A program made the translations under genes and the position numbers. 31,185 nucleotides of DNA. Origin: a virus (taxonomy: Duplodnaviria > Caudoviricetes). The notes beneath the pieces are model-generated. The model ran no database searches. It saw only the letters and a list, made by a program, of their open reading frames with translations, and had not been told where the DNA came from. Below, one piece after another: positions 16,846 through 25,642 of this stretch. Location: the IMG/VR virus record IMGVR_UViG_3300030098_002072, positions 1 through 31,185 of that record; one strand, given 5' to 3'. How positions within the stretch are numbered: position 1 is the first letter of the stretch; each line of letters opens with the position of its first letter.

Positions 16846-16858
16846 AATTGTCGCATTT

Positions 16859-16888
16859 AGTTTAATACATGAAACAATGCATATGCAA
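16859..16888 (-). promoter_or_regulatory. leftward (lytic early) promoter
   Basis: TTGCAT-N18-TAAACT. Confidence 0.65.
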
Positions 16889-16896
16889 GTATTTTG

Positions 16897-16925
16897 TTGC
16901 ATATGTTAGAATATTGTTTTAAACT
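16897..16925 (+). promoter_or_regulatory. rightward (repressor/integrase) promoter
   Basis: TTGCAT-N17-TAAACT. Confidence 0.7.
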
Positions 16926-16953
16926 ATGGTGTTATATAAATAAGGATAGACAT

Positions 16954-17793
16954 ATGACAAAGCAAAAATATGCGACATATAATGAAGCGGTAATGGCTTT
17001 GTTAGCAATTGCAAAAACAAAAAAACGATCTATAGAAAGTTTAGCGAAAGAGACTGGTATCAACCGCACGTCTATGTATAGATGGGGACCTAAAAGCAAC
17101 CATAAAGTGAGTATAAGCTCTGCTCACTCAATTGCTAAAGCAGTTGGCTATGACATAACAGAGCAAGGCAACCACGTCATCATTACACCACATACTATTG
17201 ATGGCACAATTCAAGGAGAGCAAATGGATACACTTACTAAAGTGCAATCTGAATTAATTGAAAATCAAAAAGTTGTTATTAATATGCAGAACGAACAGAT
17301 TGCAAAACTAAAAGAAGAGCGCACACAAGCATTGCCAGATGATCCTGCTAAATACAAATTATTTACTCAAGTAAAGGCAGATTGTCGCTCTACGATTGAA
17401 CTTAAAAATGTATTTTCATTCAGCAAACCAATAGAGCGTTGCATTACTAATATGAAAGGTTTTGAACAAGTTGCAGACACTCTTCAAATACCATATAAAA
17501 CTTTAAGAGATGAGTATTTTGCAGAAGGTCAGTGGTATCCGAATGGTTCTCATCCTGCTGAAACGCTATTTAGTAAACGTTCGGCTAAAGATGTTATAGA
17601 ATATACTAAAGGCGCAAGAGATATATTGCGCAATTTAAAATATAAATTTATGGGATATGATTATTTATCATTTTACGTTGACTATGAGTACAATAATCGT
17701 ATTGTTAAAACTGTAGTAGCAATTAGAATAGAATTTGGAATGAAAACGTGTATAGCTGAAGCAAAAACTACTATTTTAAATGACTTAAACTAA
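16954..17793 (+). CDS. CI-like repressor: XRE HTH, coiled coil, unknown C-terminal domain
   Basis: SIESLAKETGINRTSMYRW; AAGGA RBS before MTKQKY; between cro and integrase. Confidence 0.75.
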   Translation: MTKQKYATYNEAVMALLAIAKTKKRSIESLAKETGINRTSMYRWGPKSNHKVSISSAHSIAKAVGYDITEQGNHVIITPHTIDGTIQGEQMDTLTKVQSELIENQKVVINMQNEQIAKLKEERTQALPDDPAKYKLFTQVKADCRSTIELKNVFSFSKPIERCITNMKGFEQVADTLQIPYKTLRDEYFAEGQWYPNGSHPAETLFSKRSAKDVIEYTKGARDILRNLKYKFMGYDYLSFYVDYEYNNRIVKTVVAIRIEFGMKTCIAEAKTTILNDLN

Positions 17794-17826
17794 ACCTCAC
17801 CACACCACAACAAGGAGATAGACAAC

Positions 17827-18936
17827 ATGGCATCAACTTTCATAAGAAAGGACCGTAAAAAAAAGTTCGGTATTACTTTTTTTGATCCTGCAAAACAAAA
17901 GCGCGTACAAAAGCTATTTGCTAGTAAAGTAGAACAAAAGCATTGGCATACGCATTGGCAGATGATTGAAAATAAATACTATAATAATGATCCAACCTGG
18001 AAAGATAGTTACCAAGAACAAGGCGATCATATTACGCTTGCACAGTTATTTAATAAGTATAAATCTAACAAACTAAACAATATGTTAGATCCAACTACCA
18101 AGCGTAAGTATCTTGCATCAATTAACAGTTGCTTAGAAGTATTTGGTGACAACCAAATTGTGCATCAAATCCGCACTTTAGAGCGTAATGGCAAGTTAGG
18201 TTGGGAAATCTATAAAAGTGAGCGAGAAGCACTAGGAAGGACGCGTAACGGCATCAATAGTTATATGCAAGAGCTGAAAGTATTTTTTGAATGGGCAAAG
18301 AGACGCGAACTGATTGATAAAGACATTATTATTAAAGATGACTTTTTCCAGGAAAATGAAATTGCGCATAAAGAAATTAAAAAATGGACTGAAGACGAAA
18401 TACATACATTGCACACACATCCCGATGTAACTGAGTTTGAAAAAGATATGATGTTTTTGTACATCTATACTGGTTTTCGCGCTAATGCATTTTTAGGTAG
18501 CAACAAAGACAAACCTTGGCAAGAGTTTCACTGGCAACACGTTGATTTTGATAATAGCTATGTGTACATCGATTCTAATAAAAAGAAAAAGAAAATTGGT
18601 GAGCGTGAGCAACATCGTATTCATCCAAGCGCTTGGGCCATACTAAAGAAATGGAAAGAAAATGGCAATGTAAAGCCGATACCGATGACTTACAGTGGTC
18701 TTAAAAAGATCATTGCTAGGATCAGTAAAAAGACTAGAATACAGTTTACGCATCACGATCTTAGACGCTTGCATGGTCAGTTAGCTGAATTGTATTTTCA
18801 TAGTATGGATGCAGCGCAACAATCGCTAGGACATACAAATACCAGTGTTACTAGAAATCATTATGTAAAAACAAGCGATTCCACGCAAGATTATATTAAT
18901 GATGGAGTAGCCAAACAATTCCACCACAAACGGTAG
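17827..18936 (+). CDS. int: tyrosine integrase
   Basis: YTGFR, HDLRR, LGH, HY catalytic motifs; next to a tRNA-derived att core. Confidence 0.92.
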   Translation: MASTFIRKDRKKKFGITFFDPAKQKRVQKLFASKVEQKHWHTHWQMIENKYYNNDPTWKDSYQEQGDHITLAQLFNKYKSNKLNNMLDPTTKRKYLASINSCLEVFGDNQIVHQIRTLERNGKLGWEIYKSEREALGRTRNGINSYMQELKVFFEWAKRRELIDKDIIIKDDFFQENEIAHKEIKKWTEDEIHTLHTHPDVTEFEKDMMFLYIYTGFRANAFLGSNKDKPWQEFHWQHVDFDNSYVYIDSNKKKKKIGEREQHRIHPSAWAILKKWKENGNVKPIPMTYSGLKKIIARISKKTRIQFTHHDLRRLHGQLAELYFHSMDAAQQSLGHTNTSVTRNHYVKTSDSTQDYINDGVAKQFHHKR

Positions 18937-19095
18937 GCAACGTAAGGATTGTGACATTGGAGAGTTTTAAAAGTGTCAACATAATGTCAACAAATTGGTG
19001 CATTTTTATGCATATTTGTGCATTATTTACTATAAATTCGGTATTGACAAAACGATCTAATTTTAGGTGTTTTGTCGTCGAGCAAACATACATTT

Positions 19096-19139
19096 GGCGG
19101 AGTAGCTCAGCTGGTTAGAGCAGTGGAATCATAAACCAC
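19096..19139 (+). other. attP core: 5' half of a tRNA with CAT anticodon (Met-type)
   Basis: GGCGGAGTAGCTCAGCTGGTTAGAGCAGTGGAATCATAAACCAC = 5' acceptor strand, D arm, anticodon arm; no T arm or 3' acceptor strand. Confidence 0.85.
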
Positions 19140-19199
19140 TCGATACCGACGACAAAATTAGATTTTGTCACATAATGTCATAATCCTGTTATGGCACTT

Positions 19200-20243
19200 T
19201 TAAAACTCTTCTTCAATGCTAAGATTAATATTGTACTTATTAATCGCAACTTGATTCATCGTTAAACTGTTTTGCGCAAACCTGGCAAATATATATTCAC
19301 TTTCTGCATCAGCGCCGGTTGATGACTTATCTATGCAAAATATAAATGGTCTAGTGGGACCATCAGTAATATTCCAAACATCACCTACAAAAGAATCATC
19401 ATCGTAATCTACGCTATGATATTCATCTGGCATTACATCAGTAGAATCTAAATAACTAAAATTCATAGTATACGCTAAACGGCCACTATGTATAAATGCA
19501 GCACTGCTCTGCAAACTAAATGGACTTTTAGAAGTAGACGTTGCAGTGCGTCCATACGATGATGCAATACCGTAGCGCTGACCACCTGCCGATTCCTGGA
19601 CTTTGACTTTATCATAAATAATACTTCTTTGTAATTCTATATCTGGTGCGTGTGGCATCTCATACGCTTCACCGATCATTATGTTGCCAATAGACAACTT
19701 AGTTGAATTATCAAATGCAGAATCACCTTCAAACTGAATACCCCAGTATCGGTAGCCAGAAATATCTCCATTGGCCGTTATTTTAAATATGGTTGTACCA
19801 TCACTTGCAGGTGTAATTAATCCAGTAGGTGAAGATAAACTAATGGTATCTGCATTTACGACTTCAGTTATTGCAATGTTTGACACTGAAGCTGCACCAC
19901 TGCCATCTACGTCATCTACTGCGCCTGCTGAAGTGCCGACAAATACTCTAATTTTACCACTGCAAGAATTTAAATTGTGATTTAAGATTGCAACGTAGTT
20001 TTGTCTGAATTGAGTTGTGCCTAAATCATAATTTAAAAGCACATGATCAGCGCCACTATCTACGGTAGTGTCAAATGTCACTTGGTTTAGTGGCCTACCA
20101 TCATGCAAATCGCTAATTGTACCAGACTCAAAATTAATTAAGTTAGTGCCAGTAATAATTGATCCAGTTGATGTGCCATGCGCAGTGCGGTGACTGATTA
20201 AGTCAGTGTAAAATTTTGGTATTCCTATGTTCATGTTAGCCAT
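19200..20243 (-). CDS. minor tail protein (distal-tail-like)
   Basis: 347 aa, last gene of tail operon; beta-rich, RYW, PFIF, ends L.IEEEF. Confidence 0.6.
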   Translation of the reverse strand: MANMNIGIPKFYTDLISHRTAHGTSTGSIITGTNLINFESGTISDLHDGRPLNQVTFDTTVDSGADHVLLNYDLGTTQFRQNYVAILNHNLNSCSGKIRVFVGTSAGAVDDVDGSGAASVSNIAITEVVNADTISLSSPTGLITPASDGTTIFKITANGDISGYRYWGIQFEGDSAFDNSTKLSIGNIMIGEAYEMPHAPDIELQRSIIYDKVKVQESAGGQRYGIASSYGRTATSTSKSPFSLQSSAAFIHSGRLAYTMNFSYLDSTDVMPDEYHSVDYDDDSFVGDVWNITDGPTRPFIFCIDKSSTGADAESEYIFARFAQNSLTMNQVAINKYNINLSIEEEF

Positions 20244-23071
20244 TAGCCGACCTCTCTTGTCACTATGCTCACTTTACCTGGCGAGCGTTGTAAATTAATT
20301 ATCATAAAATATTGATTACTCCAAGATTCACCTCCAGGATCTACACCCATATCGCTATAGCTTACAATATCACCAGTTTCCATTTTAAAGCCTTTAGCGG
20401 GATTAACAACTTCACACGATACTATCTTTTTAACATCGCCTAAGATTCCAGTGTAATACGAAAAAAAATCTCTATTAATATCAGTGTTTGGTGTCGTAGG
20501 TATAGTACCAATATTCATATCTAATTTTATATCTTTTATATTTTCTTGACTATGAAAGTGATATTTATTTCTAGCGGTTGTGTTTTTTGCATTTACAACT
20601 GTCATATATCTACTTGTTTCGCCTGCGTGTTTTTCAGTAGATATATTCATTTCAGTTACAATATCTGATAGACTTGTATTTTTAATACGCAAATTAGATG
20701 TATCTTCTTTAGTCAGTGTATGATCTGCGCTTAATTCAGACTGTTGCAGTGGATAGATATATTTTAGTTTACCAGATGGTGAGTATTTAGCTATAAAGCC
20801 AAACTCATACTGTATTTTTTCTAGGATCGTTTTTAACGGTGCTTGTTCTAATAGCCAGTATCGTATTCTCCAATTATCTTTTGCGCGATCTACATTTAAA
20901 GCGGACCACCCATCTGGATCGTTGTTATCGTGACCTGCAAAACGTATTAATAAATCACGATGTGCATCGTGGCCATGTGTAATAGCATCTCCATCCCAAC
21001 TAGCAGTTAATCCATCTGCGCCACAATATACATATTTTAGATCTTTTCTTTCTCGTCCTGCACTATCTGGCTCATCTATAGCAACACCAGAAGTTGCAGT
21101 CATATAAACATTAGTCACTACTGCATCGTATGTGCCACTAGCAGTTTTAGCACCTACAGAAATAGTACCTGGAACTGCATCTTGATTATCTAAAAAAGAA
21201 TTAAAATTTGCTACTGAATATTCTGAGCCACTACTGTCAATATCGGTGCTGCCAGAAGTAGCCTGTAAACTTGGAGATCCATGAGATAGCGCAGTTACAT
21301 CTGTGCCATATACTTTAGCTGATAACTGTGCAGTGTTTGACGCATCTGGCGATAAGCTACCTTTAACAAATACTTTTAAATCACTTAAAGCTCCACTGAA
21401 ATCTGGCATTGCAATGTCTACATAATCATAAGCAGTATTAGTTTCATTAGAAATAGTTGCATCACCGCTTGGTGCTAATACGTTGGTATGATTGCTCCAG
21501 TCACTATTAATATCAATTGATGCGCTATCGCCATAGATTCTGAAACGTCTTGTAATATTGACATCAACACCAACCGTATTAATATCGTATTTAGATGACG
21601 TGTTGCTATCAGCCGTTAAAACTGGAAATAAATCAGATGATGAATCATAGTAATTAATAAGTAAACTGCTATCACTGATTGCCTTGTGCATTGCAAAATA
21701 AATTTTACCACCAGTTGCTTTTACGACTGGCAATGGAAATACTTTATTCTTTTTAGTTTCAGTAGTAGCGTTATTAGCATCGTAATCACCATATGCAATT
21801 GGTGTATATACATTATTACTGCTTTTATCTTGCGGGATACTAATCTTATCCCAAGGTCTCATTGAACTTAACGTCACATTAACATTCTCAATGTTATGAT
21901 TTATATCTGTAAGTCTACCGTGAAATATTTGGATACAGTTGTCAAGGTCTGTATCATCATTAATTTGAGAAAAGATTCTAACACCACGATTTAAATAAGT
22001 ATTGCTACCAAGTAATAATTCAGCGCTAAGTGAATCACCTTGATACTGATAGTTGGCAATATCAATAGATAGATTGTTGCTTGCTGCTTTACTGGTTGTT
22101 AGATCAATACTTTCTCTAAGTGTAGGATTTTGGCTAGTAATAGCGCCATTATAAAATACACTTTCGCAAGTAGTGTTATTTAAGGCGAGTGGTAAGAATC
22201 CACCATAGTTAGCGCCTGTCACTAACCCAGAAAAGTTGCCTTGTAAATCTCGCACAATCGGATCGCCATTATTAAACTCCCAATAACTAATTAAATTGGC
22301 AGAGCTTGCATAATTTCCACTATCTTCCATAAACGACAAGTAATTACCAGAGTTATATAACGCGGTGACTTCTGTGCTAGTTAGTTTTTCATTCCATATA
22401 CCAAATCTTTTAATTTTAAATTCACCAAAATGCGTACTCTCAGTGTCACCTCTACGACCAAAGTAAGCGCGACCAGATGTGTAAGTAGGTGTGCTGACAC
22501 CCGCATCACCTGCATTGGTCACTGCATTGATTGTAACGCTACCTGCTGACTCACTAGCAGTATAGATTGAAGTACCAGTAACTACACCGCTTGATTCTGT
22601 AAGTGCAAAATCTGTTGCAATGGCCACAAAGTACCAGGTGTTTAATGCAATAGATTGATTACCTACCATTGATTCACGATGGTCACTTCCACCACCAGTA
22701 TTATTACCCCAAGCAAAATTCATTTTTTCGTTATCATCTTTATAAACAAATAAACCTGCGTAATCATTATCTGACACCACATCGTTATGAAAGATCCACT
22801 CAAATGCACCGGCAGTAGTAAACTTTACCCAAAATGCAACCGTTGCGCCAGTAGAGCTTCCAAGTGATATTGCAGAGTTTGCATCTACCGCACCACAATC
22901 TACAAAATCATCAGTGCCGTCAAATGTTAAATACGAATCTTGATTGAAAAACTGAAAGAGCCAATTTTCACTGAGATTAGTTGCATTAAATTCAGCAATA
23001 CTATCCCAGGTGCGTGACTCTTCGCTATACTGGTTGTGTATAGATGAGAATGTACTTTTACCAAGTGCCAT
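20243..23071 (-). CDS. tail tip/hub protein with inserted LamG (ConA-like) domain
   Basis: 942 aa after TMP; FDGTDDFV, TVAFWVK, WYFVA, IWNEKLT..EV..LYN, then IFHG.L and PIAYGD hub-like motifs. Confidence 0.7.
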   Translation of the reverse strand: MALGKSTFSSIHNQYSEESRTWDSIAEFNATNLSENWLFQFFNQDSYLTFDGTDDFVDCGAVDANSAISLGSSTGATVAFWVKFTTAGAFEWIFHNDVVSDNDYAGLFVYKDDNEKMNFAWGNNTGGGSDHRESMVGNQSIALNTWYFVAIATDFALTESSGVVTGTSIYTASESAGSVTINAVTNAGDAGVSTPTYTSGRAYFGRRGDTESTHFGEFKIKRFGIWNEKLTSTEVTALYNSGNYLSFMEDSGNYASSANLISYWEFNNGDPIVRDLQGNFSGLVTGANYGGFLPLALNNTTCESVFYNGAITSQNPTLRESIDLTTSKAASNNLSIDIANYQYQGDSLSAELLLGSNTYLNRGVRIFSQINDDTDLDNCIQIFHGRLTDINHNIENVNVTLSSMRPWDKISIPQDKSSNNVYTPIAYGDYDANNATTETKKNKVFPLPVVKATGGKIYFAMHKAISDSSLLINYYDSSSDLFPVLTADSNTSSKYDINTVGVDVNITRRFRIYGDSASIDINSDWSNHTNVLAPSGDATISNETNTAYDYVDIAMPDFSGALSDLKVFVKGSLSPDASNTAQLSAKVYGTDVTALSHGSPSLQATSGSTDIDSSGSEYSVANFNSFLDNQDAVPGTISVGAKTASGTYDAVVTNVYMTATSGVAIDEPDSAGRERKDLKYVYCGADGLTASWDGDAITHGHDAHRDLLIRFAGHDNNDPDGWSALNVDRAKDNWRIRYWLLEQAPLKTILEKIQYEFGFIAKYSPSGKLKYIYPLQQSELSADHTLTKEDTSNLRIKNTSLSDIVTEMNISTEKHAGETSRYMTVVNAKNTTARNKYHFHSQENIKDIKLDMNIGTIPTTPNTDINRDFFSYYTGILGDVKKIVSCEVVNPAKGFKMETGDIVSYSDMGVDPGGESWSNQYFMIINLQRSPGKVSIVTREVG

Positions 23072-24964
23072 TTATGCTAAGTTTTGATTTGTAGCGCGAG
23101 CAATCTCTGGAATTAAGGTATCTCTGACAAATGATTCATTGCCTACCATATTACCTTGTATGTTTACGGTTACACCGCCACCAGATGCGCTACGATTCAT
23201 TTGCGCTAAATTACCAACACCAATATTTTGGACTGCTTCGCGTCTCATAATAAATTCACCTGCTTGCGCTAAAATTGGAACATTGTCTTGACCTTGCACC
23301 ATGCCACCTTGTGCGAATCGTTGTATGCCGTTATTTTTAATTAAACCACCAGTGTGTCCTATAAAGGCGCTTGCAAGATTTAATGCGCCACTTGCTGCTG
23401 CACCTTGGGGACCAGTAAGTGCTATCAGTTGCGCAGCAGTTCGTAGAAATACTTTTAAAGTTTGCGTGCTATCACCACTTGCATTTTTGAAACTAGTTAC
23501 TGCGCCTTCTAAAGTTCCAAAGGTACTTGCCATGTCTTTGTTAATATCTACTACTTCTTTGCCAGATTCTATTCGTTTTTTCTGCTCTTCTATTAATCGC
23601 TGAATTGTAAGAATAATGTCTTTTTCACTATCATTCATTTTTTCCATATTGACAATAAAGTCTCCATTAACCGCAATAGCTTCTTTGTCAATTTCAACTC
23701 TATTACCTAAAGCATTATTTAATAAATTAGCAGTGTTTAACATCATTTTTCTAATTTCTATTGATTTTTCATCTAAGCCATTATTTTCTGCAATTATTAA
23801 CCCAACGCTTGCACGCAAATCATTTAATTTTCGCTCCTGTTCAATAGTTCTAAAAGTGACGACCGTATCTTCTTTTAATTGTTTTGCTACCGCAGCTTTA
23901 GCATCTTTATAATGTTGCTCTTCTAAAGTCAATTCTTCAACTTCTTTTTTTAACTTAGCAAATGCATCTTGTTGTTGCAAAACATCGTCTGCAATTTTTA
24001 ATGCTCCTACTGTAACTCCAAGAGCAATTAATTTTTTAAAATTTCCAGTAACTAAAGCAACTGCTCCTCCTAATCCTATTGTGCCTTTTGTTGCTAAAAT
24101 TACTAATCCTTTATAGGTCACTAATGCAGTTGTTGCAACACCAATTGCCGTAGCTAATTGTGCTAATCTTTGCAAATCTATAGCTCTAAAAAATTCTTCA
24201 GTACCTTTTACAACCTCTGTCAGCGCAGGCAACATTAAATCACCAATCATAGCTTGAAATCTAGTAATGGCATCTTGCATATTAGAAACTGCGCCAGTAA
24301 AAGTTTCAGATAAGCGCTTACTACTACCTTGTATACCCGCAACTGGATCAACCATTGCACTTAATAATGCTGCTCTAAATTGTGGTAATGTAAGTTTGGA
24401 AAGGTCGTCAATGCCTTGCGACGCTCTAACTAATTCAAGGATTCCTCGCTCTCTAAGTATCTCGGCAGCACCTGCGCCACCTGCGAAAGCTCGACCAAGC
24501 GCACTCGCAGCTTCTGTTGCATTAGTACCCATAAATGCTGCTAAGTCTGTAACCGCTTTTAATGTATTCTGTGAATCTACACCAAATGCTTCTAATGTAG
24601 CACCTGCTTGGACTACATCTTGAAGTGCAAATGGTGTTGTAGCAGCAATTTTATTGAATGCGTCAAATGCATCTTTTGCAGCTTCGGTAGAACCAGTTAA
24701 GCCAACTAAGCGAGTTTGTACATCTTGAAAACCAGATGATGCTCGCACAAATCCACTAATAGATTTTGCAGCGCCTACAAAAGCAAATGATGCTAGTAAT
24801 AATGTATTTCTTAAACGCCCAATATTTCTACGCAATCCAGAAGTTGATCCGCGTAGCTTGTCATTTTCTTTTCTATAACTCTCAGCGCCTTTTTGCGCTT
24901 TCTCAAAATCACGCTTGGCAGTTTCAAAGCCTTTAGAACGTATTTCAATTATGAATTTGGCCAT
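23072..24964 (-). CDS. tail tape measure protein
   Basis: 630 aa, Ala-rich helical; TTPFALQDVVQAG, T..GAVSNMQD, C-terminal RFAQGG..VPIL...GEF. Confidence 0.9.
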   Translation of the reverse strand: MAKFIIEIRSKGFETAKRDFEKAQKGAESYRKENDKLRGSTSGLRRNIGRLRNTLLLASFAFVGAAKSISGFVRASSGFQDVQTRLVGLTGSTEAAKDAFDAFNKIAATTPFALQDVVQAGATLEAFGVDSQNTLKAVTDLAAFMGTNATEAASALGRAFAGGAGAAEILRERGILELVRASQGIDDLSKLTLPQFRAALLSAMVDPVAGIQGSSKRLSETFTGAVSNMQDAITRFQAMIGDLMLPALTEVVKGTEEFFRAIDLQRLAQLATAIGVATTALVTYKGLVILATKGTIGLGGAVALVTGNFKKLIALGVTVGALKIADDVLQQQDAFAKLKKEVEELTLEEQHYKDAKAAVAKQLKEDTVVTFRTIEQERKLNDLRASVGLIIAENNGLDEKSIEIRKMMLNTANLLNNALGNRVEIDKEAIAVNGDFIVNMEKMNDSEKDIILTIQRLIEEQKKRIESGKEVVDINKDMASTFGTLEGAVTSFKNASGDSTQTLKVFLRTAAQLIALTGPQGAAASGALNLASAFIGHTGGLIKNNGIQRFAQGGMVQGQDNVPILAQAGEFIMRREAVQNIGVGNLAQMNRSASGGGVTVNIQGNMVGNESFVRDTLIPEIARATNQNLA

Positions 24965-25352
24965 CTTGCTCTTCTTTAATTAATGCATTATACTCTTCAT
25001 CAATAGCTGAAAAGACTACTAATCTTTCGTAGTCTGCTTCATCTAAACTTTTGTATAGCGGAATATTAAATCGCTTAACTGCCATATACTCCTCGACTGC
25101 AATAGATGTTTCGTAGTCACAAAAATAGCTAGAATCTGCACAGTGGACGAGATTGTGGTATAAATTAGCACCTTGCGTAAACTTGCTCTCTGGATCTTCA
25201 GCAATAATTCTATCTACTTCATTCCAAAGCTCGTCCTCATCAAAAGTTATTTTTTTGCGTAGCGTTGGCGACAATGCGGTGTATGGAAACACCAAGTCTC
25301 TGGATGGTTGTTTTTTAAAATACATCCACATTGCTACACGGTGCTTAATTAC
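24945..25352 (-). CDS. tail assembly chaperone gpT-like extension (-1 frame)
   Basis: Frame is open from the slippery site: VIKHRVAMWMYF... Confidence 0.8.
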   Translation of the reverse strand, partial: VIKHRVAMWMYFKKQPSRDLVFPYTALSPTLRKKITFDEDELWNEVDRIIAEDPESKFTQGANLYHNLVHCADSSYFCDYETSIAVEEYMAVKRFNIPLYKSLDEADYERLVVFSAIDEEYNALIKEEQDGQIHN

Positions 25353-25612
25353 TTTTTTTTGTTTGGCTCTTTGTAATAATTATAAACTTCCATTAATACT
25401 TCATCTACCTGGTTGTCATCTAAGTGGCCAAGCGCTTTCTCTGCATCAGTAAATGCAAAGTCCATCACCCATTCGAGTACGATGTAGAACTTAGCAGTGT
25501 CTACTTCGCCACCGATGCCAACTGCTTGTATTTCTAGTTTATGAAGTTTGCGTCTATCTTTAAAAGTCAGTTTACGGCATTCAAATGTGCCGTGTTTTGT
25601 TTTGACGGTCAT
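25349..25612 (-). CDS. tail assembly chaperone (gpG-like)
   Basis: Between tail tube and TMP; ends AAC AAA AAA AAG TAA. Confidence 0.8.
   Translation of the reverse strand: MTVKTKHGTFECRKLTFKDRRKLHKLEIQAVGIGGEVDTAKFYIVLEWVMDFAFTDAEKALGHLDDNQVDEVLMEVYNYYKEPNKKK
25352..25358 (-). other. -1 ribosomal frameshift heptamer A_AAA_AAG
   Basis: Directly before the gpG stop; -1 frame joins the downstream ORF. Confidence 0.85.
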
Positions 25613-25642
25613 ACCTATCTCTCATGTATATGATCATCCAGG

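Noticed and set aside
19096-19170. Complete tRNA gene
   Set aside because: No T arm (GTTC) or 3' acceptor strand follows the anticodon arm.
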